From Candidatus Omnitrophota bacterium (GTDB lineage: Bacteria; Omnitrophota; Gorgyraeia; Gorgyraeales; Gorgyraeaceae), in contig JAPLMD010000054.1 of assembly GCA_026387235.1 (NCBI GenBank), positions 11,437-75,436 on the forward strand: a DNA stretch of 64,000 nucleotides, read 5' to 3'. Positions 58,973 to 64,000 of this stretch are shown here, piece after piece; positions within the stretch are counted from its first letter, which is position 1, and the number at the start of each line of letters is the position of its first letter. A program made the position numbers and the translations under genes. The notes beneath the pieces are model-generated. The model was not told where the DNA came from and ran no database searches. It was given only the letters and a program-made list of their open reading frames with translations.

Positions 58973-59015
58973 TTCTAACCCCTTCTCTATGCGACATGTT
59001 TAACTTAAGGTAACC

Positions 59016-59783
59016 CTAATCGCCCTCCGCGATAATCAGCTTTGACATAACAACAAGTTCAAGGTATAAGAAATCAAAGGGTTTCAGCACATATCCATAC
59101 GCCCCCAACTCTATTGCCTTTTTGACCTTTTCGTCATCCTGAACGCCAGTTACCATTACCACTCCGAGCTTAGGATTTATCTCTAGAAGGTTCTTTAAGG
59201 TATCTAATCCATCCATCCCCGGCATTTTCATATCCAGCAATACTACTGATATTTTCTCGGCCCGGGCCAGCCGCACAGCTTCCTCACCACTTCTCGCTTC
59301 TTGAGTTTTATATCCCTTACGGTTAAAAAACTCTCTCAAGACCCGGCGAATTCCTTCTTCATCATCTACTATTAAAACTATTTTTTCTTTTTTCTCAGAA
59401 GGCCATTGAAAGAGGCGGTCCTTAGACTTGATAATCTTTCCGATTTGCGCTACAAGCTGCAGGATATCAATGTCTTTACTTAAGACCTCATTGGCTCCGG
59501 CCTGCCTTGCCTCTATCTCAAGTTCTGGTGTTAGGGCTCCTGAATAAACCACTACCGGAATTTTTCTCTGGAACTCCCTTATTTTTTTCAGAATTGAAAT
59601 TCCGGATTCTCCCAAGGATAAGCGAACGTCTAAGAGTATAAGATCAAAGGGCTCTTTAAAAATAAGCTCCAGTGATTGCTGGGCAGTAGGGACTGTAACA
59701 ACTTCGTATCCCGCCATGGTAAAAGATTTACGCAGAAGCTCCCTTATGCGAACCTCATCATCTACAACCAAAATCTTTGGCAT
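59016..59783 (-). CDS. Tandem-receiver (REC-REC) response regulator with no output domain
   Basis: Two complete receiver domains (ILVVDDE...LLDVRL...K and IVLIVDDEE...LLDMKMPGMDG...K). Confidence 0.75.
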   Translation of the reverse strand: MPKILVVDDEVRIRELLRKSFTMAGYEVVTVPTAQQSLELIFKEPFDLILLDVRLSLGESGISILKKIREFQRKIPVVVYSGALTPELEIEARQAGANEVLSKDIDILQLVAQIGKIIKSKDRLFQWPSEKKEKIVLIVDDEEGIRRVLREFFNRKGYKTQEARSGEEAVRLARAEKISVVLLDMKMPGMDGLDTLKNLLEINPKLGVVMVTGVQDDEKVKKAIELGAYGYVLKPFDFLYLELVVMSKLIIAEGD

Positions 59784-59785
59784 AA

Positions 59786-60901
59786 CTACAACCTACCTTC
59801 CGAAAAATAAATTGACACCTTTACAGGTATCGAGCTTAACTGGCCTTCTTTTAATTCTAGTTTACCAAATTCTGTAAAAATAAAACCCATGACTTGGATA
59901 TGTTTTTTCAATTTTTCCATTTCTGTTTTTGGAATAGAAAAAACGAATAATTCTCCTGATTCATAGTCGATTGAACCGCCTATACTCTGAATAATTTCTA
60001 ATAATTTATCTTTTTGCTGAGTCGACATCAGAACTACATGCCAGTGAAAAACATTTGCAATCTGAGTTTTTACATTATCAAAATAAAGAGTGACACGGTT
60101 CTCCTTATCTTTTGAAATAGGCGTCCCAGTAGTGAAATCGCGTAACGGAATGTTTTGCTTAGAGCTAGAAATAACCTGTTCAATTACCTTATCTATTTTT
60201 TCACCCGTGGCATTAAAAATAATCAGGTCTTGAGTTTTATATTCCGGCATAATACTTAAACTATTAAGCGCATCTAATAGTTTTCTTTTTTCTGCCTCTT
60301 CAGCATACAAGAGATGCCAATGTAGCGGCTTTGGCTTAACAATACCGACTTCTTTAGAAGCCGAAGGCACAGTAACGGCTGAGGGCTTCTCAGCGATTTC
60401 GTCTTTCTGGGAAGGCCCTAATGCCTCCTTAATTTCTTTTAACTCTTCTAAAAGCATTGCTGCCTCTTGGTCACTCGGAGGTTTTTGTTCTGCAATTATT
60501 TGCTTTGTGATTATGGGAGTCTCGGATACTTTTTGGGAAACTTTAAATTTTTTAAAATATGCAATTCCTAAAAAAAGAGTTACTACGACAAAAATTGATA
60601 CGGCAATTACGACCGCCCGTCTTTTAAAAATGGCGGGCTTGGCTGCTGGAGGAACCGCTGGTGTAGGATGTTTAAGGTTAAAAATAACCGTAGAAACAAA
60701 ATCGGACGGAACTTCAATATCACCCAATTTCCATAGTTGGTTAGATAAAGCACTGATAGATCGAACATAATCCCTGCATTTGGGACAACTTTCAATATGG
60801 ACAACAAATGCCTGATACTCCTCTTCTGCGAGCATATCTTCTAAGAAGGGCTTTAACTTATCTTTTACTTCACTGCAGGTTATAACAAATTCATCCCTCA
60901 C
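59786..60901 (-). CDS. Anti-sigma factor: zf-HC2 N-terminus, one TM helix, ~230-aa extracytoplasmic domain
   Basis: H-x3-C-x2-C pattern (VHIESCPKC); TM VVIAVSIFVVVTLFLGIAYF; overlaps the ECF sigma gene by 11 nt. Confidence 0.6.
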   Translation of the reverse strand: MRDEFVITCSEVKDKLKPFLEDMLAEEEYQAFVVHIESCPKCRDYVRSISALSNQLWKLGDIEVPSDFVSTVIFNLKHPTPAVPPAAKPAIFKRRAVVIAVSIFVVVTLFLGIAYFKKFKVSQKVSETPIITKQIIAEQKPPSDQEAAMLLEELKEIKEALGPSQKDEIAEKPSAVTVPSASKEVGIVKPKPLHWHLLYAEEAEKRKLLDALNSLSIMPEYKTQDLIIFNATGEKIDKVIEQVISSSKQNIPLRDFTTGTPISKDKENRVTLYFDNVKTQIANVFHWHVVLMSTQQKDKLLEIIQSIGGSIDYESGELFVFSIPKTEMEKLKKHIQVMGFIFTEFGKLELKEGQLSSIPVKVSIYFSEGRL

Positions 60902-61376
60902 GATTCAATATCTCCTCAATCTCTTTTCTTAAGCTGAATCGGGTCTCTTCTATCTGAACTCTCGCATTATTCTCAGAAATACCCACAATAGCTGATATGT
61001 CTTTATAGGGAAGGTGAAGTTGGTCGCGCAATAAAAGCAGCGCCTTTGTCTCGAAAGAAAGCTTCACAAGGGCGGTTTGAACTATGCGCAGAGACCTTTT
61101 TTCTTCAGCGGAGGAATACATACTGTCAATCTCATCAAGATTCGGCATTGTTTTTATATCCCGACTCTTTCCGAACACAACGCTAATAACCCGGGTAAAA
61201 AAAACGTCACCTTTCTCAAGAGAGTACCCTTTCCTAATTGCCTCGGCAAAACTGGATGCTGCAACTTCATAGGCTTTATCTCGATCCCCTCCAATCAGAT
61301 ATAAAGCAAACGCGAGAATCTTTTGTTGATAACGGGAAATAAGTGATTTTAAAGTCTCTTCGTTTTTGGCAAACAT
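60891..61376 (-). CDS. ECF-type RNA polymerase sigma factor (sigma-70 regions 2 and 4)
   Basis: 161 aa; region 2 then region 4 HTH (LPYKDISAIVGISENNARVQI). Confidence 0.7.
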   Translation of the reverse strand: MFAKNEETLKSLISRYQQKILAFALYLIGGDRDKAYEVAASSFAEAIRKGYSLEKGDVFFTRVISVVFGKSRDIKTMPNLDEIDSMYSSAEEKRSLRIVQTALVKLSFETKALLLLRDQLHLPYKDISAIVGISENNARVQIEETRFSLRKEIEEILNREG

Positions 61377-61401
61377 CTCTTACTTTCTCTTTCTTTTGCT
61401 C

Positions 61402-62718
61402 TTATCCCGTCCGGTCTATTTCTAGCGCGGAGTTTTGTATCAATTGAATAGCAGGTATTCTAATAGTGAACGTAGCGCCCTCGCCTGCGGTACTTGCTAC
61501 GTCAATCTTACCTTTATGTCTTGCAATTATACCGTAGGCAATGGCAAGCCCTAAGCCGGCTCCTTTTTCCGGTTCTTTAGCAGTAAAAAATGGCTCGCCG
61601 ATCCGCTTTAAATCATCCTGCTTTATTCCTGTGCCTGTGTCAGTGAAAATGATTCCCACTAGCTCTTTATCTTTAAGATATTCTGTTTTTATGGTAAGCG
61701 TTCCCCCCTTTGGCTTTCCGGATACAGCATCCAATGAGTTTAAAATCAAAGTTACAAAGACTTCTTGGATTTCGTCTTTGTCTCCCAGAATTAACGGAAT
61801 CTTGGGCTTTAGCACCCTTTCAACAGCCATTTTAGAATATCTCACAAGCGGCCAGGTTAACTCGAACGCATCCTCAATAGCCTTATTTATATCTGTCGGC
61901 GCAAATTCTTTTTCTGGTTCTTTAGAAAATCTGGCAAGTCGATAGACTAAATTGGCGCATCTGGATTCTGAATCTATAATGGATTTTAATCTCTCTCTTT
62001 GTTCTCCGCTTTGACCTTCAATAATCGATAACATTTGTATATTGCCTTTGATGGTAGCTAAGTAGTTTAGTATATCGTGTGCTGTTCCTCCGACGAGGTA
62101 GCCGGTTGCCAAAAGTTTGTGCATATATCTTAATGAATCTTCCTGTCTTTTTCTTTCCAAAAATTTTATCACGCCGGATGAATGAGCACTGAAATATCCA
62201 AAGGCAAACATAAAAGCCACGTTGCCCAAGAGCAGGCTAAACATCTGCGCGGCGGGCATCTTATAATTAAAATAACTAATTGCCGGCAACGCCCCAAAAT
62301 GCTCAAGAATTATAACCAACGAAAAGAAGATACTTGAAGAGAACACGGCGAAAAGTACAGCCGCGGCCCCAGAAACAACCCCTGCCCACAGAATAACCGC
62401 ATAATAGACGATACTAACAATGGGAGCCTCTAACCCACCCATTAAATACAGTACCCAGGAAATTACAATGATATCGGCAATCATTTGATAAAACTGAAAC
62501 CGATAGATATTAACCTTTTTAATAAGGAAAGTATAAGGCTGATTCAAAATGGCCTCTACAAAAATAAGAGCGACAAACGTGAAATTAAAATAAGGATAGC
62601 CTCCGCAGAGCTTCATTAAAATGAGAAGAATAAAAAGCAGAAAGAAACTTATAAATCTTATCTTTCCAGCCCACTGATATTTCTTTATTAATTCGCTGCG
62701 TAACTTGTCATCTGCCAT
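61402..62718 (-). CDS. Sensor histidine kinase with polytopic (5-7 TM) N-terminal sensor
   Basis: Multiple N-terminal TM helices, H-box region, HATPase_c G-boxes (GTGIKQDDL ... GAGLGLAIAYGII). Confidence 0.75.
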   Translation of the reverse strand: MADDKLRSELIKKYQWAGKIRFISFFLLFILLILMKLCGGYPYFNFTFVALIFVEAILNQPYTFLIKKVNIYRFQFYQMIADIIVISWVLYLMGGLEAPIVSIVYYAVILWAGVVSGAAAVLFAVFSSSIFFSLVIILEHFGALPAISYFNYKMPAAQMFSLLLGNVAFMFAFGYFSAHSSGVIKFLERKRQEDSLRYMHKLLATGYLVGGTAHDILNYLATIKGNIQMLSIIEGQSGEQRERLKSIIDSESRCANLVYRLARFSKEPEKEFAPTDINKAIEDAFELTWPLVRYSKMAVERVLKPKIPLILGDKDEIQEVFVTLILNSLDAVSGKPKGGTLTIKTEYLKDKELVGIIFTDTGTGIKQDDLKRIGEPFFTAKEPEKGAGLGLAIAYGIIARHKGKIDVASTAGEGATFTIRIPAIQLIQNSALEIDRTG

Positions 62719-62739
62719 GATTTTTCTTAAATTTCCTTA

Positions 62740-63114
62740 TTATGCTATTTGCAATTTGTTTTTTACTAAATCTAAAAGCGCAAAAAGGTCTACAGGTTTA
62801 TAAAGTATATCTTTTATGGTATATCCAAAATCTTTTAATTCTTTTAGGTATTTACTGGTATCAATCGAACCAGTAAGAATAATCGTCGGCTGCTTCCTAT
62901 TTAACTTGTTCATCTCACTCAACACCTCAATACCGCTTATCTTGGGCATCTTCAGGTCTACAATCATTAAGTCTATTTTAATATCTGAACGCAAGAGCTC
63001 TATCGCCTCTTCTCCGCCTGTGGCCTCTGCAACCTCAAAACCCATTTTTATAAGGAATCCCTGCATAACTCTCACTATTTGAGGTTCATCATCAACAACT
63101 AAAATTTTATACAT
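62740..63114 (-). CDS. Single-domain response regulator (CheY-like)
   Basis: ILVVDDEPQIVRV ... MIVDLKMPKISG ... K. Confidence 0.8.
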   Translation of the reverse strand: MYKILVVDDEPQIVRVMQGFLIKMGFEVAEATGGEEAIELLRSDIKIDLMIVDLKMPKISGIEVLSEMNKLNRKQPTIILTGSIDTSKYLKELKDFGYTIKDILYKPVDLFALLDLVKNKLQIA

Positions 63115-64000
63115 TATCCATCCTTCCTTAAAGGCAAGAGTATAGTTGCAATTGTGCCTTTATGTAATTCACTCTTGAATTTTAACTCTCCGTTATGGGC
63201 CCTGATGATACCGCAACATACCGATAGGCCAAGTCCTGTCCCCTTTTCTTTGGTGGTAAAGAATGGCTCAAATATCCTGCCCATTACTTCATTTTCCATA
63301 CCGCATCCTGTATCCTTAAAATCTATTTTCAAAAAATTACCTGCCAGAGATGTGCTTATAGTAATAACCCCGCCTTTAGGCATAGCCTCTTTGGAGTTGT
63401 TTAAGAGATTCATAAACACTTCTGCCAGCTGTTGCTCGTCTACTGATATAATAGGCAGGTCTTTAGTATAATCTCTTATTATCTCTATGGAGGACAGCTC
63501 AAATTGGTGTCCCACAATACCCACTACTGCCTCTATGCTCTTATTGATATCTATTTCTCTAAGTTCGCCTCTGCTCGGCCGGGAGAATTTAAGCAGCCTC
63601 TGAATAATATCCTTTGCCTTGCGGCACTCATCAAAAATAATCTTAAGATTTTCTTTTACGTTTTCGTTCTGTATCTCTTCCATTAAAGAAATCTGGGCGT
63701 TACCTGAGATAATCATTAGGGGATTATTTACCTCATGTGCCATATCGGCTACGAGTTCTCCTAATTGAGCGAGCCGCTCCCTCTTTTCCATCTCTTTGTG
63801 TTCAGTGATATCACGATAGGCGCTTAAGAATATCTTGCGGCCCTTATACAAAGCCAGAGATGACCATATGAGAATACATTTTAATTGTCCGTCCTTTGTA
63901 AGAATTCTCATCTCGACCTCGCGGCAAGTACCCCTTTCAAGAAGCTCTTTAATCCCTTGCAATGCACGCTGCTGGTCTTGTGGATCAGGGTAAAGTACCT
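63114..64000 (-). CDS. Cytoplasmic PAS histidine kinase; the 5' end runs off the window
   Basis: End of a PAS fold, H-box AHEVNNPL, HATPase_c (GTGLGLSVCCGIIRAHNGEL). The frame stays open to the window edge (…RYFTLIHKTSSVHWQGIKELL), so the true start lies beyond 64000. Confidence 0.7.
   Translation of the reverse strand, partial: VLYPDPQDQQRALQGIKELLERGTCREVEMRILTKDGQLKCILIWSSLALYKGRKIFLSAYRDITEHKEMEKRERLAQLGELVADMAHEVNNPLMIISGNAQISLMEEIQNENVKENLKIIFDECRKAKDIIQRLLKFSRPSRGELREIDINKSIEAVVGIVGHQFELSSIEIIRDYTKDLPIISVDEQQLAEVFMNLLNNSKEAMPKGGVITISTSLAGNFLKIDFKDTGCGMENEVMGRIFEPFFTTKEKGTGLGLSVCCGIIRAHNGELKFKSELHKGTIATILLPLRKDG

Noticed and set aside
58353-59015. Known housekeeping ncRNA (RNase P RNA, tmRNA, SRP RNA, 6S) or a SAM/glycine riboswitch in the ORF-free region
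   Set aside because: Diagnostic motifs (AGGAAAGTCCGG and ACAGAACCCGGCTTA for RNase P; tRNA-like end for tmRNA; GGAGGGA and GGCCCGATGAAACCC for SAM-I; ACCGAAGGGGCAA for glycine) are absent on both strands. Only loose matches such as ctctggag and aagagagg...ggcc were seen.
1-64000. CRISPR arrays, restriction-modification, toxin-antitoxin pairs or other named defence systems
   Set aside because: No direct-repeat/spacer arrays, no Cas-like, methyltransferase/endonuclease, or paired small toxin genes were found. The only candidate is an orphan AbrB-like gene.

Overview
Low-GC bacterial chromosome segment, probably from an uncultivated lineage. About 80% of genes are on the minus strand, the spacers are short and several stop/start codons overlap, which suggests long operons. 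No phage, transposase, integrase, CRISPR or restriction-modification genes are visible. Coding content is housekeeping, envelope and signalling. Main gene groups, in order: (1) partial secretin, GspB-like membrane protein, ExeA/GspA-like AAA+ ATPase and a 776-aa secreted coiled-coil protein. (2) Several two-component pairs. (3) Operon ptsN-yvcK-ptsH-ptsI followed by phosphoglucose/phosphomannose isomerase, a sugar-nucleotidyltransferase, metK and ahcY. (4) Array tRNA-Arg, tRNA-Lys, tRNA-Leu, tRNA-Gly. (5) radC and rlmN. (6) An RND pump with a TolC-like gene, and separately a MacAB-TolC operon. (7) A glycerol cluster: glpK (broken), GlpA-like flavoprotein, an oxidoreductase and a DUF1667 gene. 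(8) TonB-dependent receptor, exbB/exbD, pckG, purC, pabB-like. (9) Thi4-type thiazole synthase behind a TPP riboswitch. (10) ECF sigma/anti-sigma with a REC-REC regulator and histidine kinases. The most notable non-coding signals are listed here. (a) A roughly 70-nt two-hairpin element whose stems covary between copies. It sits in the 5' leaders of three minus-strand genes and in both orientations in the tRNA spacers. (b) A roughly 50-nt REP-like repeat in three copies, one lying in frame inside an rRNA methyltransferase gene. (c) Duplicated 3' fragments of tRNA-Gly and tRNA-Lys in the tRNA spacers. (d) Gene decay: the glpK internal deletion/frameshift, a PKD-domain fragment with no start, and a 16-codon receiver-domain stub inside a 660-bp ORF-free region.
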